Position numbers and translations under genes: made by a program
Shown: piece after piece, positions 19,438-28,354 of the stretch
Position numbering within the stretch: the first letter of the stretch is position 1
How the letters are laid out: the number at the start of each line of letters is the position of its first letter
Origin: Ignavibacteriota bacterium
GTDB taxonomy: Bacteria > Bacteroidota > Ignavibacteria > UBA10030
Assembly: GCA_963701295.1 (NCBI GenBank)
Contig: OY969585.1
Span: 3,040,001 to 3,104,000, forward strand
Length of the DNA stretch: 64,000 nt
Direction: 5' to 3'
Notes under the pieces: generated by a model
What the model saw: the letters and a program-made list of their open reading frames with translations, nothing else
Told to the model about the DNA's origin: nothing
Databases searched by the model: none

Positions 19438-21405
19438 TTATTTTCTCGGCAGCCATACTTTCATCGTCCCTGCACCACGATTCGCCCAGGCATAATACGG
19501 AATAGCAGTAAATTTCCGCACGCTCTGACCGTCTCTCGTTGGAACATCTCCTGATATGATATTCACACCACCGAGTAAGTCATTTCGTTTTTCCGTTTCT
19601 AACGCGGCAGCATCAGGGAACATAAGGTTTTCTATTTGATTATCGTTATCAATTCCTTCAACACAATATACAATAGGGCCATATTCAAGTGCTGTCAGAT
19701 TCTCATCATCTTTAACTCTTTTGTCAGCAACTATGCGGCGGACACTCATAGGGAGACTAATGTTTATACTATCTCCAGACTCCCAAATTCTGGTAATTGC
19801 CGCATAACCATGATGTGTGTTATAGTTTATTTCTTTGCCGTTTAATGTAATCATAACTTTGCTGTTTTTAATATCGGTATAGGCATATAATTCGCTTGGA
19901 AGAACTCTGTTTTGTGTCCACCCAGGCATTCGAAATTTCAGAGTAAGTTGCTCAGGTTTTTCTAGGCTGATTCTGACACTAATCTCTCCTTGCCAAGGAT
20001 ACTCAGTCTGCTGTTCAATCTGTACCAAATCATTTCCTAAGCTCACTTTTGCCCTGCTGGATATATAAAGATTAACATATAAAGTATCTTTTTGTACAGC
20101 GTAAATCAAACCTGGTAGAGAAGGAATAAAACGAATTAGATTCGTGGGGCAGCATGAGCAATCGAACCAGGGCTGACGGGTTCCTGAACCGTTATTAAAC
20201 TGGAATTTACCATCAGCTTCAAGGGGGTTCACGTAAAAAAAGTTTTTACCGTCGAGTGATATCCCGGAAATCAAACCATTGTACAATGTACGTTCAATGA
20301 TATCGAAATACTTCGCATCCCCTGTAAGCATGAACAAACGATTATTCCAATAGACATCGCCTATCGATGCACATGTTTCGTTGTACGCAGTCAGATTTGG
20401 AAGGTCAAAATCTTTTCCCATCGATTCGCCACCATGTGTTACTCCAATGCCTCCAGTGAGAGCTATCTTTTTCTGTACCATATTGTTCCAGATGCTTATG
20501 ACCGCTTTCAAGTAGGCAGAATCTCCATATATCGCGGCTATATCGGTCATACCGGCATACATGTACACTGCACGCACGGCGTGGCCTACTATTGCCTCCT
20601 GTTGAACGACAGGTTTATGATCCTGGCTGTATTCACCGTACAGGAGATGCGTAGTCGAGTCGCCCCTCAAGTCGAGAAAGTATTTGGCGAGTTCTAAATA
20701 TTTTTCATTGTGGGTAACCCGAAAAAGTTTTATCAATCCAGTTTCAACAATCTGATGACCGGGCGGCAAAGTAATTTTCCCCGGACCAAAAGTTTTTACC
20801 AACAAATCGGCATTCTTGATGGCTATGTCAAGAAATGTTCGCTTGCCTGTAGCATTATAATGCGCTACAGCAGCTTCAAACATATGACCACTGTTGTAGA
20901 GTTCATGGTTTGATGATTCGCCAGTCCAGCGTTTCCCAGTTTTCTGCGTCCATTGACCAGGAGGGTTTGTTGGATCGATGGTACACCAGGTAGTAAGATA
21001 GCCATCAGGTTCTTGACCGGTTCTTATAATAGCAATAACCGAATCGATGTAAGTATCCAATTCCTTGCTCGGGGTGCTGATCAATGAGTATGATGCTCCC
21101 TCGATGATTTTATATACATCCGTATCGTCAAAGGGCATTTGCCCCCTGACTTTACCCTTCTTTTTCCCTCCGGCAATAAGGAAGTTCTCCAGGCGGCCTT
21201 CTTTTCGGCATTTATCAAAACCAAATGCTATGGTGGTATTTTGCACCGTCCTAATTTTCGGCAACCAAAAGTTGTCGGAAATCTCTACTTTCTTGATGTC
21301 GATCATCGAAATTGGGTAATCTGCATACTTATTTTGCTGTCCATAACATTGCGCGAAAAAAGAAAATAAAAATATAACGTGATAAAAAGTTAAGAACTTC
21401 TTCAT
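19438..21405 (-). CDS. GH127 beta-L-arabinofuranosidase
   Basis: Signal peptide; HELYNSGH, GHAVRA, YNETCASIG, CSCCPTN (Zn-Cys motifs), IPYYAWANRG. Confidence 0.93.
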   Translation of the reverse strand: MKKFLTFYHVIFLFSFFAQCYGQQNKYADYPISMIDIKKVEISDNFWLPKIRTVQNTTIAFGFDKCRKEGRLENFLIAGGKKKGKVRGQMPFDDTDVYKIIEGASYSLISTPSKELDTYIDSVIAIIRTGQEPDGYLTTWCTIDPTNPPGQWTQKTGKRWTGESSNHELYNSGHMFEAAVAHYNATGKRTFLDIAIKNADLLVKTFGPGKITLPPGHQIVETGLIKLFRVTHNEKYLELAKYFLDLRGDSTTHLLYGEYSQDHKPVVQQEAIVGHAVRAVYMYAGMTDIAAIYGDSAYLKAVISIWNNMVQKKIALTGGIGVTHGGESMGKDFDLPNLTAYNETCASIGDVYWNNRLFMLTGDAKYFDIIERTLYNGLISGISLDGKNFFYVNPLEADGKFQFNNGSGTRQPWFDCSCCPTNLIRFIPSLPGLIYAVQKDTLYVNLYISSRAKVSLGNDLVQIEQQTEYPWQGEISVRISLEKPEQLTLKFRMPGWTQNRVLPSELYAYTDIKNSKVMITLNGKEINYNTHHGYAAITRIWESGDSINISLPMSVRRIVADKRVKDDENLTALEYGPIVYCVEGIDNDNQIENLMFPDAAALETEKRNDLLGGVNIISGDVPTRDGQSVRKFTAIPYYAWANRGAGTMKVWLPRK

Positions 21406-21462
21406 GTTATAGGATCGAAAGTAAATACATTATTAGCATGAACTCAGTCATTCGTTGGTAAC

Positions 21463-23163
21463 TTACTTTGTTTTCCTCACTTGATCGCGCAATTTCAGTA
21501 AGTCTTTCATCACATTGAACATATTCCCATTCCATTGCTTCGTACCAAATCCATCGTGCAACTGATGATAAAGTGCATAAAGCTTCTTGTAGACTTCTTG
21601 ATTTTCTTTGATCGGCGTATAGAGCTTGCCGTTTCCTGTCATTGCTTGCCGTGCTTCATCGATAGAATCGTACCCGCCGGCACTCTTTCCAGCTGCTACG
21701 GATGCAAAGATACCAGCACCAAGCGCAGGTGTTTGCTCGCTGCAGGAAATTTTCATCGGTCGACCTGTGATATCTGCATAAATCTGCATCATCAATTTAT
21801 TCTTCATTGCCAATCCACCACAATTGATCACTTCCTTCACTTTTACGCCATATTTTTCGATGCGTTCGATGATAGCGAGAGCGCCGAAGCCGGTTGCCTC
21901 AATTAACGCTCGATAAATTTCTTCCGGTGTTGTATGCAGCGATTGACCTACCAGCATGCCGCTCAACCGAACATCGACGAGAATCGTTCGGTTGCCGTTA
22001 TTCCAGTCGAGGGCAAGAAGCCCGCTTTCGCCAGGCAATAATTTCGATGCCGCTTTTTCAAGATTTCTAAATTTCTCGTCTTGTGTCTTTCCGTATGACT
22101 CATCGACGAGATTGTTTACAAACCAGAGGAATATATCCCCTACTCCAGATTGACCCGCTTCGATACCATAGTAGCCATTCATCACCGAACCATCGACAAT
22201 TCCACAAACACCCGGAATATCATTCAGTTGTTCTTTATGTGGATGAATCATAATGTCGCACGTGCTCGTTCCGATAATCTTTACGAGCGTACCGGTAGAA
22301 ATTCCTGCTCCAACGGCTCCCATATGAGCATCGAACGCACCGACTGCAATGACAACATTCAAGGAAAGGCCCAGCTTCTTTGCCCAATCGAATGAAAGAG
22401 ATCCCACCCGCTGTTCCGCAGTAAAAGCCTCATCATAGAGCCGACTTCGCAATGCTCCTAAACCAGGCGAGAGTGTTTCGAGGAACTCAATATCAGGTAA
22501 CCCTCCCCAATTCCGATTGAACATCGCTTTGTGGCCGGCAGAACAAATCCCTCTCTTGATTTTCTTTGGCGAGAGTTCACCCGACAATACCGCCGGAATC
22601 CAATCGCAAATTTCTACCCAACTATCTGCAGATTCGAACACCTCTGGCGCAATATTTTTGCAATGAAGAATTTTACTCCACCACCATTCGGAGGAATACG
22701 TGCCGCCAATTTTTGAAAGATATTGCGGCCGGATCCTCGCTGCAAGTTCGGTGATCTGTGCTGCTTCTGCATAGCTCGTATGGTCTTTCCAGATCCATAC
22801 CATCGCGGCGGGATTATTTTTAAACTTGCTATTAAAACACAATGCTTGACCCTGCGCGTCGACAGGCATCGGACTGCTACCTGTTGTGTCAACACCAATT
22901 CCGATTACATCTTGCGGGGAAAATTTTGACCGATTTGCTTTTGCTCTTTTAAGAGCTTTTTTGATTGTTACTTCAATTCCTAAAATGTAATCAGCGGGAT
23001 TCTGCCGTGCCAAATGCAGGTTGGCAGAATCTACAATCACTCCGTCTTTTCCTGATGGATATCGAAAAACCTGGCTTGCTAGCTCCTTTCCATTGGCAAC
23101 ATCGATGATTAAGGAACGGCAAGAGTTGGTTCCAAAATCTAATCCGATAACATACTTTGACAT
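21463..23163 (-). CDS. araB: L-ribulokinase
   Basis: FGGY kinase: GLDFGTNSCR, DTTGSSP, WKDHT, YSSEWWWSK, DAHMGAVG, LDWNNGNR. Confidence 0.93.
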   Translation of the reverse strand: MSKYVIGLDFGTNSCRSLIIDVANGKELASQVFRYPSGKDGVIVDSANLHLARQNPADYILGIEVTIKKALKRAKANRSKFSPQDVIGIGVDTTGSSPMPVDAQGQALCFNSKFKNNPAAMVWIWKDHTSYAEAAQITELAARIRPQYLSKIGGTYSSEWWWSKILHCKNIAPEVFESADSWVEICDWIPAVLSGELSPKKIKRGICSAGHKAMFNRNWGGLPDIEFLETLSPGLGALRSRLYDEAFTAEQRVGSLSFDWAKKLGLSLNVVIAVGAFDAHMGAVGAGISTGTLVKIIGTSTCDIMIHPHKEQLNDIPGVCGIVDGSVMNGYYGIEAGQSGVGDIFLWFVNNLVDESYGKTQDEKFRNLEKAASKLLPGESGLLALDWNNGNRTILVDVRLSGMLVGQSLHTTPEEIYRALIEATGFGALAIIERIEKYGVKVKEVINCGGLAMKNKLMMQIYADITGRPMKISCSEQTPALGAGIFASVAAGKSAGGYDSIDEARQAMTGNGKLYTPIKENQEVYKKLYALYHQLHDGFGTKQWNGNMFNVMKDLLKLRDQVRKTK

Positions 23164-23178
23164 GTCCTATTCCTTTTC

Positions 23179-23277
23179 TTATCCGACAAAGCAGAGATAG
23201 CCAGCAAAGATAACACCCAGCAGAATACTGAAATAGATATCAATCGCGATCCAATCCAGAGTTTACAGAGTGCCCAC
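23179..23277 (-). pseudogene. Internally deleted remnant of a sodium:solute symporter
   Basis: RBS GGAAAGGAG, then GTG GGC ACT CTG TAA ACT CTG GAT TGG... reading MGTL*TLDWIAIDIYFSILLGVIFAGYLCFVG*. This resembles an SSS N-terminal helix (LDWxxIxxYF) joined to an SSS-like C-terminus. Confidence 0.6.
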
Positions 23278-23295
23278 GTCTTCAGTCTCCTTTCC

Positions 23296-24435
23296 CTATT
23301 TCGTTGAAAATTGATAGATAGTTGTTTGCTCGTACGTTTCACCCGGTTTGAGAGTGGCAGATGGAAATTCCGGTTTATTTGGTGAGTCAGGATAACACTG
23401 TGCCTCTAAACATAATCCGGTTCGATACTGAAAAGCGATTCCTTTGCCCTTTGCAGTCCCATCAAGAAAGTTACCGGAATAGAATTGAAGTCCTGGCTGA
23501 TCCGTATACACGATCATTAGACGTCCGCTCTTTTGCTCGTAAAGTTCCGCTGCTTTACGGATCTTGCCTTGAATATAATTTTTAATGACCCAGTTATGAT
23601 CATATCCCCGACCGAAAGCCAATTGTTCAAACTTATCGTCCACATGCGCACCAATCGTAGTCGAAGTACGGAAATCCATCGGAGTTTTTGCCACATCGAG
23701 AAATTTTCCAGTTGTAATAAGATCTTTATCGATCGGTGTGAATACGTCAGCTTCGATTGTTAAAAAATGGTCCAGAATTGTATTCGTGAAAGATCCTGAC
23801 AAATTGAAATAAGAATGGTGTGTTGGATTGAGAATAGTGACTTTATCCGTTGTTCCCGCGTACACAATTCGCAATTCATTTTTATCGGTCAAGGTATAGG
23901 TGACTGTCAAGGTAACTTTGCCCGGATATCCTTCTTCACCATCAACGCTGATATATGTTAATTCGAGAGAAGGACCTGCGCTGTCATGCACCGTACGTGC
24001 ATTCCATAAGACTTTATTAAATCCGATTTTCCCGCCATGGAGATGGTTCTCACCACTATTGATTGTCAACTGGAATTCTTTTCCATCCAATTTGAACTTG
24101 CCTTTGCCGATACGATTGCCATAGCGTCCAACAATAGCACCGAAAAAGCACTTGTCGCTCATGTAACCTTGCAGTGAATCATAACCGAGAACGATATCTT
24201 CATATTTTCCGTTACGATCCGGAACAGTCAGTGATGTGATAACCGCTCCGAAGTTGATGATTTTCATTGTTGCGCCGGATTTATTCATTAGCGTATATTG
24301 ATATACCTCGTGTCCATCCGGAAGTTTTCCATAAAGAGTTTTTTCGATCACGCTATTTTCCTTTTTGTTTGGTGTAAATGAAAGTAAAACACTAGAATAA
24401 ATAAGAAATGCATAGAATAATATTTGCCTTATCAT
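23296..24435 (-). CDS. galM: Aldose 1-epimerase (mutarotase), with signal peptide
   Basis: GRYGNRI, NHLHGG, EEGYPG, NPTHHSYFNL, GYDHNW, QFYSGNFL, CLEAQ. Start 24435 chosen for its RBS GAAGGGG. Confidence 0.93.
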   Translation of the reverse strand: MIRQILFYAFLIYSSVLLSFTPNKKENSVIEKTLYGKLPDGHEVYQYTLMNKSGATMKIINFGAVITSLTVPDRNGKYEDIVLGYDSLQGYMSDKCFFGAIVGRYGNRIGKGKFKLDGKEFQLTINSGENHLHGGKIGFNKVLWNARTVHDSAGPSLELTYISVDGEEGYPGKVTLTVTYTLTDKNELRIVYAGTTDKVTILNPTHHSYFNLSGSFTNTILDHFLTIEADVFTPIDKDLITTGKFLDVAKTPMDFRTSTTIGAHVDDKFEQLAFGRGYDHNWVIKNYIQGKIRKAAELYEQKSGRLMIVYTDQPGLQFYSGNFLDGTAKGKGIAFQYRTGLCLEAQCYPDSPNKPEFPSATLKPGETYEQTTIYQFSTK

Positions 24436-24501
24436 AATCTGCCCCTTCATTGAATAAAGATTAGTTTCAGAGATCGATAGAAAATAATATTCACAGACTT
24501 T

Positions 24502-24559
24502 ATATGCACGCATATTTGAAATATGCGTTTACGTTAATGAATATGCAAGCAATTGTCAA
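24502..24559 (-). promoter_or_regulatory. Putative sigma-70 promoter and palindromic operator of the ara operon
   Basis: TTGACA (24559-24554)-N17-TAACGT. Perfect inverted repeat ACGCATATTT-G-AAATATGCGT (24508-24528) overlaps ATATGC-AC-GCATAT (24502-24515). Confidence 0.55.
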
Positions 24560-25049
24560 TATTTTTACCTGTACAAGACATCTCTTTCACTCATATTCTT
24601 TATTCATTAATAAATGAAGAGCGCAAATGTTTCCTGTCTGATACGATATACTTTTTTATCGGCAAGCCTAGAAATAAAGTCACTAAAGCGTTCGCTTTAA
24701 TGTCGAAGACCATTCTCTGTATCTTGCTCTATTTTCATTAGGTGTTCAATTCATTTATTAATAATCTTTGAACATTCCATAGTGAGAGCTGAACTGGAGA
24801 GCTTCAAACGTTGTACTTTGTGCCGCAATGGGACCGCCCTCTGAGTTCTTCACTTCTCATTGATAAATCCCTATTAACCCGCGCAATAAATTGCACTGGC
24901 TATCGGTTTTTCCAGCTGAACTTCCTTTTGAATCTGTTGTTGATTTATGCTACACCATTCTTAGAACAATCATTCGTTATAAATTCATCGCTGTCATTTT
25001 CTCATAAATAAACATTGATACAAACCTATAAAATATTTCTAATTATTGC

Positions 25050-25078
25050 TTGACATAATTATAAATATTTCATATCAT
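25050..25078 (+). promoter_or_regulatory. Near-consensus sigma-70 promoter of the XRE gene
   Basis: TTGACA-N17-TATCAT, ending 10 nt before ATG 25088. Confidence 0.6.
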
Positions 25079-25087
25079 GTTATTGAA

Positions 25088-25579
25088 ATGACCATTATGA
25101 CATTAACAGAAATCCGGAAAGAAAAACGTTTCAAAACAGTAGATCTCGCCACGAGACTCGGAATATCCCAGGGATATTACTCTCATCTCGAGCGTGGTAA
25201 GAGACCTTTCAATGATGTGCTCCTTAAAAAAACCGCGAAGGTTCTTGGAGTCCGAGTCGTTACGTTGCGAGAAGCCCTAAAATCACATCCGACTGATTCG
25301 TATAAATTAAAGAGCTGGATGTCGAACATCAGGATTTATGGCTTGCCGCTTATCAAGGCATTTCATTATTACTTGGAAACAAACGGTATAGATGCCCAAG
25401 CTTTTGACGATGCAAAGCTAAAAATAAAAATGAAGGAATTTGTCGAAGCTAATATCGGTTTTTCTGTTTTAGCAGAACTGTCAGAAAACAAAACTCTTTT
25501 AAGTCACATCCGTGAAGTAATCGGTGTCTATGCAATACTCATGAAGAGTGGTCTGTCAAACAATAAATCAAAAACTTAA
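25088..25579 (+). CDS. XRE-family HTH regulator with unknown C-terminal domain
   Basis: LTEIRKEKRFKTVDLATRLGISQGYYSHLERGKRP (HTH_3). Start is 25088 or 25097. Confidence 0.85.
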   Translation: MTIMTLTEIRKEKRFKTVDLATRLGISQGYYSHLERGKRPFNDVLLKKTAKVLGVRVVTLREALKSHPTDSYKLKSWMSNIRIYGLPLIKAFHYYLETNGIDAQAFDDAKLKIKMKEFVEANIGFSVLAELSENKTLLSHIREVIGVYAILMKSGLSNNKSKT

Positions 25580-25589
25580 CATCAACAAT

Positions 25590-26582
25590 ATGAACACAAT
25601 TGAAAAAATGCGACACGTCGCCGATTTTCTGGTCAGCCAAAAAAAGTTTACTGAAGCATATACGATCTTTGATGAATTGTTTCGTCAAATTTGGGGCATC
25701 TTTGGCACGATACAATGTAGTTTTTCAGGATATTCGAATAGTCCAGTAGGAACAAAACTTTCTTTCGATCATATGCTTCGGAAACAATATCCTGAACCTG
25801 CTGTTAATGCGCTCTGTTCAAGAATGTATAACATCAATCTTTCATTGACACTCAATGAGTTTGTCCGGATCATGTACGGCCATTTACAATGTATCAACTC
25901 ATCTTGGCAAGTACGCAAAGAAATTTCTCCAGATATTGTATTAAGCGAATACGCTGTTCTCTACACACTAGCCCTTCAACCCTTACAGCAGCGAAAACTC
26001 ACTCCAATCTTCTCAATTGTTACAGCCATAGTCGACAGAAGCAACAAAGTGAAACGAATTATATCTAATTACCCCCGAAGTACTGTTGAAAAACTTCTTT
26101 TAGAAAATGCCCAGAAATGTAAGAATAATGAGTGGAAATCCATCAATCATCTTTTGCTTGATTACCTTCTTAACAGTGGCGAACGTAAATCAGAGCTCTT
26201 CAGAAAAGTTTCTAGTATTGTTGGCCCTTACTCTTATCGATTTCAATACAACTATTATTCTTCTGATCGATACAAGAAATATGAACGATATGAGCACAAC
26301 GAACGCCACGAAAGATACAAGCAGCAAACAGCTTCCTCCTCACGAACATTCTATTCTACAACTGCAACTGACGAAGAAAAGAATGTATATTACGGACATT
26401 TAATTGGTTTGATGGGAAAAGTAACAAAAGAGCAAATCCATTCAAAATACATTGGTTTGATTTCTCTCTATCATCCGGATCGGGTACAACACCTAGGTCC
26501 CGAGTTGAAGGAACTAGCTGAAATGAAATCAAAAGAAATTAATGCAGCATACGATTGGTTTAAATCAAAATATCATATCTAA
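25590..26582 (+). CDS. Hypothetical protein with C-terminal DjlA-like J-domain
   Basis: C-terminal KYIGLISLYHPDRVQHLGPELKELAEMKSKEINAAYD (HPD motif). The helical N-terminal region is unrecognised. Confidence 0.8.
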   Translation: MNTIEKMRHVADFLVSQKKFTEAYTIFDELFRQIWGIFGTIQCSFSGYSNSPVGTKLSFDHMLRKQYPEPAVNALCSRMYNINLSLTLNEFVRIMYGHLQCINSSWQVRKEISPDIVLSEYAVLYTLALQPLQQRKLTPIFSIVTAIVDRSNKVKRIISNYPRSTVEKLLLENAQKCKNNEWKSINHLLLDYLLNSGERKSELFRKVSSIVGPYSYRFQYNYYSSDRYKKYERYEHNERHERYKQQTASSSRTFYSTTATDEEKNVYYGHLIGLMGKVTKEQIHSKYIGLISLYHPDRVQHLGPELKELAEMKSKEINAAYDWFKSKYHI

Positions 26583-26749
26583 TAATATCATTTCGCAAAT
26601 CAATTTGTATATCTGTTTAACTGTATCCTTGGTTAAATCATGGACAAGCCACTCTTGACAGTATGCTCAAGAAAATCGGTATTCTTTGTTGGATGAAGGT
26701 AGGACATATTGTAGGCGAGGAACAGAAGGGCACTTTTTAGGATAAAATA

Positions 26750-27105
26750 TATGCCCCGGTAAAAATGGAGGCTTGGTTCTATGAACCGCTCAAAGTGTTT
26801 ATGTTTTCATATTGTTGCCTTATTCTTGTCCACCGTCGATACATAGAATCCTCGATCATTAAAAAGTAGGCGTTTAAAGTTTTACCTCTTCCCTTATAGT
26901 TCACTGCAAAATGGAATACACCTTTCCCCTTTCCAAACCCTGCCGCTATGTTCATGACATGCTTGGGAGGAATGGATACCAGCGTATACTCATAATCCTC
27001 CAGAAATTGTCTTTCTCATATTCGACTCTTCTTCTCTCACACCAGATTGTCAGACATCTCTCCAAGATACCGTCGCAATTTCTTGGACCGTGTCTCCTGG
27101 CTTAA
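26750..27105 (-). mobile_element. tnpA: Decayed IS200/IS605-family element (tnpA pseudogene and right-end remnant)
   Basis: Minus-strand translation LRRYLGEMSDNLV*EKKSRI*ERQFLEDYEYTLVSIPPKHVMNIAAGFGKGKG...[frameshift]...RGFYVSTVDKNKATI* matches Y1 transposase motifs (SIPPK, KGKS, RGYFVSTVG). Followed by CTTTGAGCGGTTCA...AAGCCTCC...CCGGGGC, a degenerate end hairpin. Confidence 0.8.
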
Positions 27106-27447
27106 TTTTTACATGAATACTTCATGTGCTATAAATTGTTCCGCGTATTTGTCTTGAATCTCCGGCATGCTTCAAGTAATTCACGTATACAGGAAATTCA
27201 ATGTTTTTAAGTATAAATCAAACTCTATGAATCTTTTAATATAGCGGGAAGTTTACTAATTTTAAATATTTTTGCATATATTATAACGTTTCAATTACAT
27301 TGAAATCACATGATTTTATCATGCAACTTAAAGCACAATAAACGTGAAAAATTTTCTGTTTGCTTCTATGTCGTAATTTATTTCAATTCATGACATTTTT
27401 CAGTCATATTGCAATTTTTAGAAAACTCATCAGCGGAAAGTGATTAA

Positions 27448-28350
27448 TTGAAATTAAATCGTTCTTCATATCGGATCTTTATAGCTAGTGTGTCACTTTT
27501 TCCCCTTATTTATTTTCAGGCTAAATCCCAACATGGTCTGGTACAAGATGATCCTGTACTAGCCCCAAATGTTGTTGTTTCACCTGTCATTGATGGAAAT
27601 GGACATGATTCATGCTGGCAGAATGTCCCCTGGCAGAGTATTGCTCAAGTGTGGATTCCTTATGGAGTAAAAGTAGACTCTAATATTTATTCAGGACGAT
27701 ATAAAGTAGTGTGGTCTTCGAGAACCAATCTTCTATACTTTCTCGTGGAAGTCACAGACAATGTATTTGTCGATGGTTTTATTCCCGGCATTACATCTGA
27801 TATTTATAATTATGATATCATTGAAGTCTTCATAGATGAAGACAAGTCCGGTGGGCTCCATGTGTTTGATGGCACAGGCAGTGTCGGACGTGAGTGGGGC
27901 ACCAATGCACAGAACGCCTTTGCATATCACATTTATGCTGATTTCCCAAAAGAAGGAGAAGTCACAACTCAGTGCTATGCGTACGATCTAGGTGGAACAA
28001 GTTGGTCGGATGTAAAAAGTATGGACTATACTTCTCATATTCCATCGTTTGCATTGTGCAGAACCGGACACAAGGCTGTGTGGGAGTTTTCTTTAATCGT
28101 GTACAACGACACCTACAAAGACACTATGACCCGCAAAGAAAATGCTAGACCGCAGTTGCAAGCCGGCAAAGTAATGGGACTCTCTGTAGCTTATTGCGAC
28201 AATAACCATCCCGAGAAAAATCCGAAGGTACGAGACTATATGTTCGGCTCTGTCTGGGAACCAAGTCCCGGAAATTTCCATTGGATGAATGCAGATTATT
28301 TTGGAGTTGTCAAACTGGTTGGCTCTATCCAATCAAAACAATTAAAGTAG
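27448..28350 (+). CDS. CBM9/DOMON-like sugar-binding protein (secreted)
   Basis: Signal peptide; PVIDGNGHDSCW, YKVVWS, LYFLVEVTD, IEVFIDED, GLSVAYCDN. Confidence 0.7.
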   Translation: MKLNRSSYRIFIASVSLFPLIYFQAKSQHGLVQDDPVLAPNVVVSPVIDGNGHDSCWQNVPWQSIAQVWIPYGVKVDSNIYSGRYKVVWSSRTNLLYFLVEVTDNVFVDGFIPGITSDIYNYDIIEVFIDEDKSGGLHVFDGTGSVGREWGTNAQNAFAYHIYADFPKEGEVTTQCYAYDLGGTSWSDVKSMDYTSHIPSFALCRTGHKAVWEFSLIVYNDTYKDTMTRKENARPQLQAGKVMGLSVAYCDNNHPEKNPKVRDYMFGSVWEPSPGNFHWMNADYFGVVKLVGSIQSKQLK

Positions 28351-28354
28351 AACA

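Noticed and set aside
24560-25020. Possible decayed gene or sRNA between the ara promoter and the XRE gene
   Set aside because: Only short ORFs with no recognisable motifs or convincing structure.
26911-27105. 64-aa plus-strand ORF
   Set aside because: It is antisense to the IS200 tnpA remnant.
27282-27293. LacI-like site TATAACGTTTCA upstream of the CAZyme cluster
   Set aside because: A single imperfect match in very AT-rich DNA, with no LacI gene in the window.
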